From positions 64,001 to 128,000 of the forward strand of contig CAVPHD010000007.1 of assembly GCA_963704165.1 (NCBI GenBank): DNA of 64,000 bases, written 5' to 3'. A model generated the notes under the pieces. It did not search any database. It saw nothing but the letters and a program-made list of their open reading frames with translations, and had not been told where the DNA came from. This DNA is from an uncultured delta proteobacterium (GTDB lineage: Bacteria > Myxococcota_A > UBA9160 > SZUA-336). The translations under genes and the position numbers were made by a program. Below are positions 31,642 to 41,079 of the stretch, in pieces (the stretch's first letter is position 1; each line of letters starts with the position of its first letter).

Positions 31642-33136
31642 CTATTTCCAGTGGCGGAGCATCTCGATCAGCAGCCGAACGCCGAAACCCGTGGCCCCCT
31701 TCGCGTAGTAGGGCGTCTCCTTCGTCGTCCATGCCGTGCCCGCGATGTCGAGGTGCGCCCAGGGCGTCTCGCCGACGAAATGGGAGAGGAACGCCGCCGC
31801 GGTCGAGACCCCGCCGTTGCGACCGCCCGTGTTCACGATGTCGCCGACGGTCCCCTTGATCGCGGTCTTGTGCTCGTCCCAGAGCGGGAGCGGCCAGGCC
31901 CGCTCGTGGGTCGCGTCGGCGGCGGTCGCGAACTTTCCCGATCAGCTTCTCGTCGTTCCCGAGGACGGCGCAGGCCACATCGCCCAGCGCGACGAGGCAC
32001 GCGCCCGTCAGCGTGGCCAGGTCGATGATCGCGTCGGGTTTGTAGCTCGTGGCGTGGTGCAGAGCGTCGGAGAGCACGATGCGGCCCTCGGCGTCCGTGT
32101 TCAGAACCTCGATCGTCTTGCCCTGTGCGCTTCGGATGATGTCGCCCGGCACGTAGGCATTGCCGTCGGGCATGTTTTGCGCGGCGGCGACGATGCCGAT
32201 CACGTGGCAGGGCAGGTCGAGCAGTGCGACGGCGCGCATCGCACCGAGCACGGCCGCGCCACCGGACATGTCGTGCTTCATCTCGTCCATGCTCGCCGAT
32301 GGCTTGATCGAGATCCCGCCGGAGTCGAACGTGATGGCCTTGCCGACGAACGCGAGCCGCGGGCGCTTGCGCGCGGATTTTGCGGGCGCCCCGTGCTCGA
32401 GAACGATCAGCCGCGGCGGGTGGGCGCTTCCGCGGCCGACGGTGAGGATCCCGGCCATTTTCTCGCGCTCGAGCTCCTTCTCCGCGAAGACCGTGACCTT
32501 GAGACCATTCGCGCGTCCGAGCTTTCGCGCCTCGGATGCCAGGTGTTCCGGAGTGCAGGTCGCGCCCGGCTCGTTCGACAGATCGCGTGCGAAATTCGCC
32601 GACTCCGCGAGAACCTGTCCGAGCTTTGCGCCGCGGCGCAGAGCCGCGAGCTGGCGCGCGTCCGGTGCGAGCAGCGTGATTCCCTCGAGGGTGGGTGGAC
32701 GATCGTTCCCGCTCTTGTACTTGTCGAAGCGGTACGCGCCGAGCACGAAACCCTCGACCAGCGCCCGAGCGCCTTCCTCTGCCTTCACTCGTCGGAAGGT
32801 GGGGACGACGAGCGCGCCGCGCTTGGCCTTGGCGCGAGCGAGCGCCTTGGCGGCCCGCCCGGCCGCAGCCCGCAGAGACTCGGCCGTCAGCTCCTTCTCG
32901 TCGCCGAGTCCGACGAGTACGAGGCGCTTGGCGGCGATTCCCGACACCGGAAACGAGAGCACCTCGCTCGACTTCCCGGTGAAGTCACCCGCCGCGTAGA
33001 CGCGCGCGACCACGCCCCCGACCGAATCGTCGAGCGCACTCAGTGCGCGCGGTGGAGCATCGGATTTGGTGAGCGGGATCACGACCGCGTCTCCACTCGC
33101 GACGGTCGCATCTTTGCGTTGGATTTCGATCTGCAT
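31642..33136 (-). CDS. pepA: Leucyl aminopeptidase (M17); frameshift near 31935
   Basis: GKAITFDSGG, MKHDMSG, NTDAEGRIVL, ATLTGA, WAHLDIAGT. Confidence 0.93.
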
Positions 33137-33200
33137 GCGTCCCCCCCTCGAACGTATTTCGGCGAGAAGCTCCGAGCTTAGCGCGTATGCGTGCAATCCG

Positions 33201-33229
33201 TTGACGCGTCGATGGCTGACGAGTAGCTT
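33201..33229 (+). promoter_or_regulatory. Putative sigma70 promoter TTGACG-N17-TAGCTT for the tol-pal operon
   Basis: Near-consensus hexamers with a 17-nt spacer in the pepA/tolQ divergent gap. Confidence 0.6.
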
Positions 33230-33291
33230 CCGACGGCCCCGCCAGCTCCGTCCCAAAGCTGCGCGATTCCTCTCCCCGGGGTTCCGACTGC

Positions 33292-33954
33292 ATGCTCGAC
33301 TACATATTGGGTTCGAGTCCCGTCGTCTCCGCCGTGCTTCTGCTCCTGATCCTCGCGTCGATTTCGTCGTGGGCGATTCTGGTGATGAAGTTCCGTGAGC
33401 TTCGGGCCGCGGACCAAGACACGGAAGAGTTCATCGAGGCCTACCTCGAGAGCCCCATCGAGACCGCCTACGAAGTCGCCCGCCGTCACACCGCGAGTCC
33501 GCTCGCGTCCGTGTTCAAGTCCGGCTACACGGAGATCGCCCGGCTCGAGAAGATGCAGGGAGCGCACGGGCACGTAACGAGGGACCAGGTCGACGGCGTC
33601 GTCAGTCGCCTCGGCTGGATTCGCGGCGAGGAGATGCACCGGCTCGAGCGCGGTCTGTCGTTTCTCGCGACGGTCGCGAGCTCGGGTCCGTTCGTCGGCC
33701 TGTTCGGGACCGTGGTCGGAATCATGAACTCGTTCGAGGCGATCGGCGCGTCGGGCTCGGCGAGCCTTGCGGTCGTCGCGCCCGGAATCGCCGAGGCGCT
33801 GGTCGCAACGGCGGTTGGACTGTTCGCCGCGATCCCCGCTGCGGTCGGCTACAACTACTCGAGCGCGCGCCTGAATCGGCTCTCGGCGCGGCTCGAGACC
33901 TTCTGTCTGGAGTTCTGCGACCAGCTTCGCCGCACGTCGGTGAAGGCGGCATGA
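33292..33954 (+). CDS. tolQ: TolQ (MotA/TolQ/ExbB)
   Basis: PFVGLFGTVVGIM, VAPGIAEALVATAVGL. Confidence 0.93.
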   Translation: MLDYILGSSPVVSAVLLLLILASISSWAILVMKFRELRAADQDTEEFIEAYLESPIETAYEVARRHTASPLASVFKSGYTEIARLEKMQGAHGHVTRDQVDGVVSRLGWIRGEEMHRLERGLSFLATVASSGPFVGLFGTVVGIMNSFEAIGASGSASLAVVAPGIAEALVATAVGLFAAIPAAVGYNYSSARLNRLSARLETFCLEFCDQLRRTSVKAA

Positions 33955-34361
33955 ACGTCGCCGACGGTCGGGGTCCGAAGCGCCAGCTCTCCGAGATCAA
34001 CGTGACGCCCTTCGTCGACGTCATGTTGGTGCTCTTGATCATCTTCATGGTGACCGCGCCGCTGATGCAGCAGGGAATCGATGTCGAGCTCCCCAAGACG
34101 CAGTCGCAAGGACTGCGCTCGGACAACCAACCCCTCGTGGTCACGGTGAAGCGAGAGGGGCAGGTCTTCGTCCAAAACGCCGAGGTCCCGATCGACCAGC
34201 TCGGAGCCAAGCTCCAAGCCATCTTCGACACACGTGAGGATCGACTCGTGTATCTGCGGGCGGACTCGAAGGTCGCGTATGGAACGGTGGCGAAGGCCCT
34301 GGCCATCCTGCGCGGCGCCGGAGCCACGAGCATCGGCATGGTGACCGAGCCCGAGGCGTGA
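33951..34361 (+). CDS. tolR: TolR (ExbD/TolR)
   Basis: INVTPFVDVMLVLLIIFMVTAP. Confidence 0.93.
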   Translation: MNVADGRGPKRQLSEINVTPFVDVMLVLLIIFMVTAPLMQQGIDVELPKTQSQGLRSDNQPLVVTVKREGQVFVQNAEVPIDQLGAKLQAIFDTREDRLVYLRADSKVAYGTVAKALAILRGAGATSIGMVTEPEA

Positions 34362-35110
34362 CTTCATCCTATGCCCCAGTCGAGGGCCTGCTCGAGAGCC
34401 GAACGTTCCGACGCTTCCTCGCGTTCTCACTCGCGGGTCACGTCGTGCTGTTTCTTGCTCTGACCTTGCGTCCGCACCGGAGCGCGATGGTGATCTCGCC
34501 GTCGCCGGTCATGGTGAACATGGTCGACGTTCCGAAACCGGCGGCCGCTCCACCGGCTCGGAAGCCCGCTGCCAAGGCGCCACCGCCCAAGCCGGTCGCG
34601 AAGCCGGAGCCGCCGAAGCCCAAGCCGAAGGTGAACGAGGTCGTGATTCCGAAGGAACCCGCGCCGTTGGCGGCCAAGCCCAAGCCGGCGGCGAAGCCCG
34701 AGCCCGCGCCGAAGTCCGCGGAGGAGCTGCTCGCCGAGCTCACCAAGAAGGTCGAGGCTCGCAATCCACCGTCGGAACTCGCGGCGCCGTCCGAGCCGCC
34801 TGGCCCGGCCGCTCCGATGGTCGGCGGGCCCGGGGTCTTCGATCCCGTTCTCTCTCCCTGGGTGGCCCGAGTGCGGACGGTGGTGCACTCGAACTGGTCC
34901 GGGGCCCAGCTCTGCAAGGGCGTGCCGGTCTTCACGCTCGAGGTCGGGGAGAACGGTGCTCTCCGAGATCTCCAGCTCGCGCAGTCCTCCGGAGATCGCT
35001 ACTGCGACGAGTCGGCCGAGCGTGCGATTCGCAAATCCGATCCGCTGCCCGCCCCGCCACGCGGTGCACTCGCGCTCGAACTCGGCATGAGTCTGAAGGA
35101 CACGCTGTGA
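34358..35110 (+). CDS. tolA: TolA/TonB-type energy transducer
   Basis: TM with S..H motif (SLAGH), Pro/Lys-rich linker, C-terminal SSGD..D..A.RAI....PLPAPP domain. Confidence 0.82.
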   Translation: MTSSYAPVEGLLESRTFRRFLAFSLAGHVVLFLALTLRPHRSAMVISPSPVMVNMVDVPKPAAAPPARKPAAKAPPPKPVAKPEPPKPKPKVNEVVIPKEPAPLAAKPKPAAKPEPAPKSAEELLAELTKKVEARNPPSELAAPSEPPGPAAPMVGGPGVFDPVLSPWVARVRTVVHSNWSGAQLCKGVPVFTLEVGENGALRDLQLAQSSGDRYCDESAERAIRKSDPLPAPPRGALALELGMSLKDTL

Positions 35111-36408
35111 TACGACGCCTCCTGCTGCTCTCGTTCCTGCTCTCGCTGGCCGTTCCCGCGTCGGCCCAGCGGATCCGCGTCGATGTGACGGGTTCTCAGC
35201 GCGCGATACCGGTGGCGGTTCAGCGGTTCGCCGCGGATCCGGCGGCTGGTGCCATCCCTGAGGAGTTCTATCACGCGCTGATTGCCGGACTCGATTTCTC
35301 GAGCGTAGCCGTGCACGTGAATCCCGACGCCTTCGTCGAACCGACGGTGACGCGGGATTTCGAGTCGCCCGCCGTACCCTGCGAGAACTGGCGTGCCATC
35401 GGCGCCGAGGGTCTCGTGCAGGGCGAGCTGCGCGTGATTCAGGGGAAGGTGCAGTCGCGTTTTCGCGTCTGGGACACAGCTCGGTGTCGTCTGCTCGGCG
35501 ATGTCGCGTTTCGAGAGCGTGATCGCGCCGACCTGGGACTGCTCGCCCGCCTCGTCGCGGACGACATCGTCGAGCGATTCTCCGGCCGACGTGGCGTCTC
35601 CTCGACCGAGATCGCGTTCGTTTCCGACAACGGACGGCGCAACAAAGAGATCTGGGTGATGGCGGCCGACGGTTCGGGAAAGCGACGCGTCACGAACAAC
35701 GGCTCGATCAATCTCTTTCCCGCGTGGTCTCCCGATGGGAAGGCGCTCGTCTACACGTCTTTCAAGGCGGGTATGTCGGAGCTCTTCCTCCTCTACCGAG
35801 GGAACCGCCCGGGCGTGCGGCTGATCAACACGAAGGACGAGAAATACCGCGGAGTCTGGCAGCCGAACGGCGGTCGTATCGCGGTGGTGGTCGCTCGCAA
35901 GGGATCGGACACCGACATCTACTCGGTGGCGGGAAACGGCTCGGGTCCCGTACGCTTGACCGACTCGCGCGCGATCGAAACGTCGCCGACGTTCTCACCC
36001 GACGGACGCAGGATGGCGTTCGTCTCCGATCGCGGCGGGAATCCGCAGGTCTGGATCAAGGACCTCGATACCGGCGAAGAGCGCCGTCTCACGTTCAGTG
36101 GCGTGTACAACTCGAGTCCGGCATGGTCGCCGACCGGCGAGTGGATCGCCTACGCCGCGCAGGCCGGGAACAACTTCGACATCTACCTGATCAACCCCGA
36201 GGGCACATTCACGACGCCGCTCGTCACGCACGCCCGCAGTGACGAGGATCCGGCCTGGTCGGCCGATGGCCGCAAGCTCGGTTTCAGCTCGAACCGGCGA
36301 GGTCGGAAGGAGATCTACCGGGTCGACATCGACGGCCGGAACGTGACGCTCTTGACCGATGGCTTCGGGAACTCCACCAACCCGTCGTGGTCGAACTGGC
36401 TAGACTAG
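35107..36408 (+). CDS. tolB: TolB beta-propeller protein
   Basis: Signal peptide, TolB-N domain, repeated P.WSPDG (PD40) motifs. Confidence 0.92.
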   Translation: MIRRLLLLSFLLSLAVPASAQRIRVDVTGSQRAIPVAVQRFAADPAAGAIPEEFYHALIAGLDFSSVAVHVNPDAFVEPTVTRDFESPAVPCENWRAIGAEGLVQGELRVIQGKVQSRFRVWDTARCRLLGDVAFRERDRADLGLLARLVADDIVERFSGRRGVSSTEIAFVSDNGRRNKEIWVMAADGSGKRRVTNNGSINLFPAWSPDGKALVYTSFKAGMSELFLLYRGNRPGVRLINTKDEKYRGVWQPNGGRIAVVVARKGSDTDIYSVAGNGSGPVRLTDSRAIETSPTFSPDGRRMAFVSDRGGNPQVWIKDLDTGEERRLTFSGVYNSSPAWSPTGEWIAYAAQAGNNFDIYLINPEGTFTTPLVTHARSDEDPAWSADGRKLGFSSNRRGRKEIYRVDIDGRNVTLLTDGFGNSTNPSWSNWLD

Positions 36409-36547
36409 TTCGCGGATGGGGTTTCGTAGCCAAATCCAGAATCCGTTTGCATATGCGCGGATTACCGGGTAGAGAATGCACCGATTTTTGTGTCGTGATC
36501 CGTCACAGGATTGTGCTTTGGATCACAGAATAGGAGGGTCTAGGGTG

Positions 36548-37018
36548 GTGAAGCGAGTATTTGGGCTGGCGTTGGTGGTGGTCGCGTTCGCGGCATGCGC
36601 GAAGACGCCGCCGGCGGCACCGAGCGACAAGTCCGGCTTCGGGTCCGAGGCGCCGACGAGTCGCCCGGCATCGGGCATGGGTGACAACAGTGCGTTCCGC
36701 AGCGTCTATTTCGACTTCGATCGGTCGGATCTGACGGCTGACGCGCGCGCTGGGCTTCAGGCCAATTCCAGCTACCTGAAGGCCAACTCGGGCGTGGCGA
36801 TCACGATCGAGGGGCACTGCGACGAGCGAGGCAGCGCCGAGTACAACCTGGCTCTCGGCAAGCGCCGCGCCGACGCCGCCTACAAGTACCTCGCGGACCT
36901 CGGCATCGAGAGTTCGCGCATGACGACGGTCAGCTACGGCAAGGAGCGCCCGGCCGTCGAGGGGCACAACGAACTGGCTTGGGCGAAGAATCGCCGCGAC
37001 GACTTCAAAGTTCGCTGA
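36548..37018 (+). CDS. pal: Peptidoglycan-associated lipoprotein
   Basis: SD AGGAGG, lipobox FAAC, VYFDFD, IEGHCDERGSAEYNLALG.RRA, SYGKERP, KNRR. Confidence 0.93.
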   Translation: MKRVFGLALVVVAFAACAKTPPAAPSDKSGFGSEAPTSRPASGMGDNSAFRSVYFDFDRSDLTADARAGLQANSSYLKANSGVAITIEGHCDERGSAEYNLALGKRRADAAYKYLADLGIESSRMTTVSYGKERPAVEGHNELAWAKNRRDDFKVR

Positions 37019-37019
37019 T

Positions 37020-37814
37020 TTGGGTCGAGCCGCCCTCCGCCGCGCGCTAGCGCTCGGCGCGTCGACCTTGCTCTGCGCTTGCGTCACCGTTCCGGAGTTT
37101 CAATCGCTCCGGCGCGATGTCGATCAGTTGAAGCGGAGCAGGGCCAGCGCGCCGGCGCCGGCGGACCCTTGGACCGGCAAGCCGGCCGCCGGGGGGGATC
37201 GGTTGGCGGAGCAGGGTGCGGAGCTCGCCGCGCTTCAGGCGGAGGTTGCGAACCTTCGGGGCGAGCTCGGGGAACTGCGTCGGCAGGTCGAGCAGGGTGG
37301 AAGGTCCGCATCGCCGGTGGCGGGTACTGGACCGGAGGCGGGTAGCGCTGCTGCGGCTCCTTCGCCACCGACGGGGGGCGAGACGGCGACTCCGGACGAG
37401 AGAAGCGCGCCGCCCGAAGAGATCCGTGACTACGAAGAGGCCTTCCGGCGCTATCGAGCCGCGGACTACGCTGGAGCCATTGACCGCTTTCAGGTGTTCC
37501 TACAAACTCACCCGTCCTCCGATTACGCGGACAACGCGCTCTTCTGGATGGGCGAGTCGTACTTCAAGATGAGCGACTACGAGCAGGCGGCTGTGGCGTT
37601 CGACAAGGTCGTGAAGCGCTTCCCGAACGGAAACAAGGTGCCGGATGCGCTCTACCGACAGGGCGTCTCGCTGCTCGAAATCGGCACTCGCACCAAGCAA
37701 GAGAAGACGTACACGCCGGCCGCTTGCCAGATCTTTCGGAGGATCACAGACGAGTTCCCGAATTCGGATCGGGTTCCCGAAGCCCGCAGGCAGCTGGAGA
37801 AGTGCTCAACGTGA
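37020..37814 (+). CDS. cpoB: CpoB/YbgF TPR lipoprotein
   Basis: Coiled coil plus TPR: YADNALFWMGESY, FPNGNKVPDAL; follows pal. Confidence 0.88.
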   Translation: MGRAALRRALALGASTLLCACVTVPEFQSLRRDVDQLKRSRASAPAPADPWTGKPAAGGDRLAEQGAELAALQAEVANLRGELGELRRQVEQGGRSASPVAGTGPEAGSAAAAPSPPTGGETATPDERSAPPEEIRDYEEAFRRYRAADYAGAIDRFQVFLQTHPSSDYADNALFWMGESYFKMSDYEQAAVAFDKVVKRFPNGNKVPDALYRQGVSLLEIGTRTKQEKTYTPAACQIFRRITDEFPNSDRVPEARRQLEKCST

Positions 37815-38164
37815 AGAAGACCGACCAGAAGAAGTTCCAGAAGATGTTGATCGAGCAGCGTGATCGGCTCGTCGTCAATGCGCGACGCGCGCTGAGCGGC
37901 GACATCCATCTCGATCCCGACGACTTCTCCGACGAGATCGACTCGGCGTCGGCCGAGAGCGGTCTCGCGTTCGTCGGCCGGCTTCGCGAGCGCGAACGGG
38001 CGCTCTTGCAGAAGATCGAGGCGTCTCTCGCGAAGATCGAGGCGGGCACTTTCGGCACTTGCGTGTCGTGCGGCGAGGACATCGGATTGAAGCGCCTCGA
38101 GGCGCGCCCGGTCGCAAGCCTGTGCATCGACTGCAAGAGCCAGCAGGAGAAGCTCGAACACTGA
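37811..38164 (+). CDS. dksA: DksA/TraR C4 zinc-finger protein
   Basis: DEIDSA coiled-coil tip, FGTCVSCGEDI..RLEARP...LCIDCK. Confidence 0.9.
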   Translation: MKKTDQKKFQKMLIEQRDRLVVNARRALSGDIHLDPDDFSDEIDSASAESGLAFVGRLRERERALLQKIEASLAKIEAGTFGTCVSCGEDIGLKRLEARPVASLCIDCKSQQEKLEH

Positions 38165-38180
38165 GCTCTCGGGAGGCGCC

Positions 38181-39215
38181 ATGGCGCTGATCCTGGCGCT
38201 CGAGTCGTCGTGTGATGACCTCGCCGCCGCGGTCGTCCGCGACGGTGTCGAGGTTCTCGCCTCGGTCGTCCAGAGCCAGGACGCGGTGCATGCTCCGTAC
38301 GGCGGAGTCGTGCCCGAACTCGCGAGCCGCGATCACGTCCGGCACCTGCACGCGACGGTGAGCGAGGCGCTCGAGCGCTCGAGCGTCACGCTCGACGACA
38401 TCGATGCGATCGCGGTCACCTCCGGACCGGGTCTGATCGGATCTCTCCTCGTCGGTCTCTCGTTCGCGAAGGCGCTCGCGTACCGCACGCGCAAGCCCCT
38501 GGTGTCGGTGCACCACATCGAGGGGCACCTCGCGTCGGCGCGACTCGGCGAACGGCCGCTCGAGCTGCCGTACCTGGGCTTCGTCGTCTCCGGTGGCCAC
38601 ACCGCGCTCTACCGGGTCGATTCGCTCGCGTCCGTTCGTCTGCTCGGACAGACCCGCGACGATTCGGCAGGGGAGGCGTTCGACAAGGTCGCCAAGCGGC
38701 TCGGGCTTGGATATCCGGGTGGGCGCGAGGTGGACATCCACGCGCGGAGCGGACGGGCCGACGCGTTCGACTTCCCCCGTCCGATGCTGCGCGAGCCGAG
38801 CCTCGAGATGAGCTTCTCGGGCCTGAAGACGGCCGTGGCCCTGGAAGCCGCCCGGCTCGAGGCGCGCGCGGGCGGTGTGCTCCAAGTCGACGAGGTCTGC
38901 GACCTATGCGCTTCGTTCCAGGAGGCCGCGATCGACGTGCTGGTGGCGAAGGCGCGAAGTGCGCTCCTCCAATCCGGTCTCACACGCTTCGCTCTCGTCG
39001 GAGGGTTGGCCGCAAACTCGCGGCTGCGTGAGCGGATGAACGAGCTCGCCCTCGAAATCGGCATCGAAACCCACTTTCCGCCGCTGAAGTTGTGTACCGA
39101 CAACGCGGCGATGATCGCTGCGGTCGCGGACGGAATGCTGCGCGAGGGTCGCACGGCCGCCCTCGATCTCGAGGCGTTCTCGCGCGTACCGGTCGGTCGC
39201 ACGGACGCACCATAG
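38181..39215 (+). CDS. tsaD: tRNA N6-threonylcarbamoyltransferase
   Basis: LESSCDD, GGVVPELASRDH, HHIEGH, SGGHT, GEAFDK, SFSGLKT, CTDNAAMIA. Confidence 0.95.
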   Translation: MALILALESSCDDLAAAVVRDGVEVLASVVQSQDAVHAPYGGVVPELASRDHVRHLHATVSEALERSSVTLDDIDAIAVTSGPGLIGSLLVGLSFAKALAYRTRKPLVSVHHIEGHLASARLGERPLELPYLGFVVSGGHTALYRVDSLASVRLLGQTRDDSAGEAFDKVAKRLGLGYPGGREVDIHARSGRADAFDFPRPMLREPSLEMSFSGLKTAVALEAARLEARAGGVLQVDEVCDLCASFQEAAIDVLVAKARSALLQSGLTRFALVGGLAANSRLRERMNELALEIGIETHFPPLKLCTDNAAMIAAVADGMLREGRTAALDLEAFSRVPVGRTDAP

Positions 39216-40060
39216 CCTCCGAGCGACAGCGGCTCGCATCTCGCGGCCTCGCGCCGTCCCGTGCACGCGGCCAGAACTTCCTTCGCCGCCCCGAGCTCGC
39301 GACCCGGATCGTGTCACTCGTGGGTGTAGAGCCGGCCGACGCCGCGATCGAGATCGGTCCCGGCACCGGACAGCTGACGCGCGCGCTCGCACGCGTCGCG
39401 CGCCGAACGATCGCGCTCGAGGTCGATCGAGGACTCGTGCGCCTGCTCGCAGAAGAGACCGACCTGCCGGCGACCGTCGAGATCCGCGAGGCGGATGCAC
39501 TTCACGCCGACTTTCCCTCGCTCGTGCGCGAGCTGATCCCACCCGTCATCCTGATCGGGAATCTCCCCTACAGCGTCGCAGGCCGGTTGCTCGGAAACGT
39601 TCTCGCGCCGGACATCCCGTTCCGCCGCATGGGCTTCATGCTTCAAGCCGAAGTCGGAGACCGGCTGCTCGCCGAGCCCGCCACGCCGGCCTACGGTGTG
39701 CTCTCGGTCTACGCGCGGGTCTGGACGGTCGCTCGGCGCGTGCTCGAGCTTTCGCCGGAGGAATTCTCGCCGCGCCCGAAGGTGCGATCGAGCTTCCTGG
39801 TCTTCGAGCCGCGGGCCGACGGCCCGAGCGTCGCCGATCCTGCGCTGCTTCGGCGCGTCGTGCGCGCCGCGTTCCAGCAGCGCCGGAAGCAGCTCAAGCG
39901 TGCGTTGAAGACGGCGTTCCCGAAGGCCGAGGCGGGACTCGAAGCTGCCGGGATCGATGCGCATCGCCGAGGCGAGACGCTGGACGAGTTCGAGTTCGCG
40001 AGGTTGACCGAGGCGCTGTCGTCGGGCGCGCCGTTGACAGACCCCACATCTCGCCCGTAG
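39212..40060 (+). CDS. rsmA: 16S rRNA m6,2A dimethyltransferase; apparent ATA start
   Basis: GQNFL, EIGPGTG, GNLPYS, MLQAEV, F.PRPKVRS, AFQQRRKQL, RRGETL. Confidence 0.92.
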   Translation: MASERQRLASRGLAPSRARGQNFLRRPELATRIVSLVGVEPADAAIEIGPGTGQLTRALARVARRTIALEVDRGLVRLLAEETDLPATVEIREADALHADFPSLVRELIPPVILIGNLPYSVAGRLLGNVLAPDIPFRRMGFMLQAEVGDRLLAEPATPAYGVLSVYARVWTVARRVLELSPEEFSPRPKVRSSFLVFEPRADGPSVADPALLRRVVRAAFQQRRKQLKRALKTAFPKAEAGLEAAGIDAHRRGETLDEFEFARLTEALSSGAPLTDPTSRP

Positions 40061-40063
40061 GCT
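40034..40063 (+). promoter_or_regulatory. Putative sigma70 promoter TTGACA-N18-TAGGCT for panBCD
   Basis: Perfect -35 inside the rsmA 3' end; predicts a TSS near 40070. Confidence 0.6.
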
Positions 40064-40069
40064 CTGCGG

Positions 40070-40278
40070 CGTACGCTTCAGTCCGCATCGATAGAGCCTG
40101 GAAGCTGGGATCCCCATTCGGCGACACAAACGGGGACCGAGACCGAAGGCGCGCTGTTCGATGGGGATGGTGGTGCGACGAGCCCCGCCGTCCGCAGTCT
40201 GCACGCGAGAGCGGCTTCGATCTTCCAGCCTCGATCAGGTCGCTCGATTCGCTTGCGGGCCGCAGGAGGTGGAAGATG
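40070..40278 (+). ncRNA. Structured ~200-nt 5' leader of panBCD; candidate cis-regulatory RNA
   Basis: Stems 40081-87/40254-60 and 40110-17/40161-68; segment 40220-40232 pairs with either 40094-40104 or the SD+AUG (40266-40277). Confidence 0.55.
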
Positions 40279-41079
40279 AACGAAGCTCGGGTCACCGTTC
40301 CAGCGATCGCCCGCCGCAAGGCGCGCGGCGAGAAGATCGCGATGGTCACCGCGTACGACTTCGCGTTCGCCCGCATCTTCGATACGGCGGGCGTCGATGT
40401 GCTCCTCGTCGGCGACAGCCTCGGCAACGTCGTACAGGGGAACGAGACGACGTTGCCCGTGACGCTCGACGAGATGGTCTACCACACGCGGATGGTGAGC
40501 CGTGCGGCACGACGCGCCCTGGTCCTCGGCGACATGCCCTTCGGCAGCTACCACGCGGGCACCGAGCAGGCCGTCACGAGCGCCGTCCGACTGATGAAGG
40601 AGGGAGGCGCGCACGCGGTCAAGCTCGAAGGCGGTGAACGGGTCGCCGACCGGATCGAGGCGATCGCGCGCATGGAGATTCCGGTGATGGGACACGTCGG
40701 CCTGACACCGCAGTCGGTGCACCAGTTCGGCGGCTTCCGCGTACAGGGCCGCGGCGACGCCGGTCACGATCGCGTGCTGCGCGACGCGCGCGCCGTCGAG
40801 GCGGCCGGTGCCTTCGCGGTGGTGCTCGAGTGCGTTCCCAAGGAGCTGGCGAGCGAGATCACGCAGACCCTCTCGATTCCGACGATCGGCATCGGCGCCG
40901 GCGTCGGCTGCGACGGTCAAGTGCTCGTCATGCACGATCTGCTCGGCTTGGGGGACGCCCCGCCGCCTCGCTTCGTGCGCCAGTACGTGGCGCTCGGGGA
41001 GATCGCGCGTCGCGCGGTGGAGATGTGGTCTGACGACGTCCGCAATCAGAAGTTCCCGGGCGATGTTGAATCGTACTGA
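40276..41079 (+). CDS. panB: 3-methyl-2-oxobutanoate hydroxymethyltransferase
   Basis: TAYD, LVGDSLG, DMPFGSY, VKLEGG, GHVGLTPQ, IGIGAG..CDGQVLV. Confidence 0.96.
   Translation: MNEARVTVPAIARRKARGEKIAMVTAYDFAFARIFDTAGVDVLLVGDSLGNVVQGNETTLPVTLDEMVYHTRMVSRAARRALVLGDMPFGSYHAGTEQAVTSAVRLMKEGGAHAVKLEGGERVADRIEAIARMEIPVMGHVGLTPQSVHQFGGFRVQGRGDAGHDRVLRDARAVEAAGAFAVVLECVPKELASEITQTLSIPTIGIGAGVGCDGQVLVMHDLLGLGDAPPPRFVRQYVALGEIARRAVEMWSDDVRNQKFPGDVESY

Noticed and set aside
34530..34720. Repetitive AAGCCG/CCCAAG tract
   Set aside because: It encodes the Pro/Lys linker of TolA and is not a DNA repeat element.
40081..40260. 6S RNA, SRP RNA or RNase P RNA as the identity of the panB leader
   Set aside because: No SRP GGAA-loop or RNase P GAGGAAAGUCC motif; the interior looks multibranched rather than a 6S rod. 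Not formally excluded without a covariance search.
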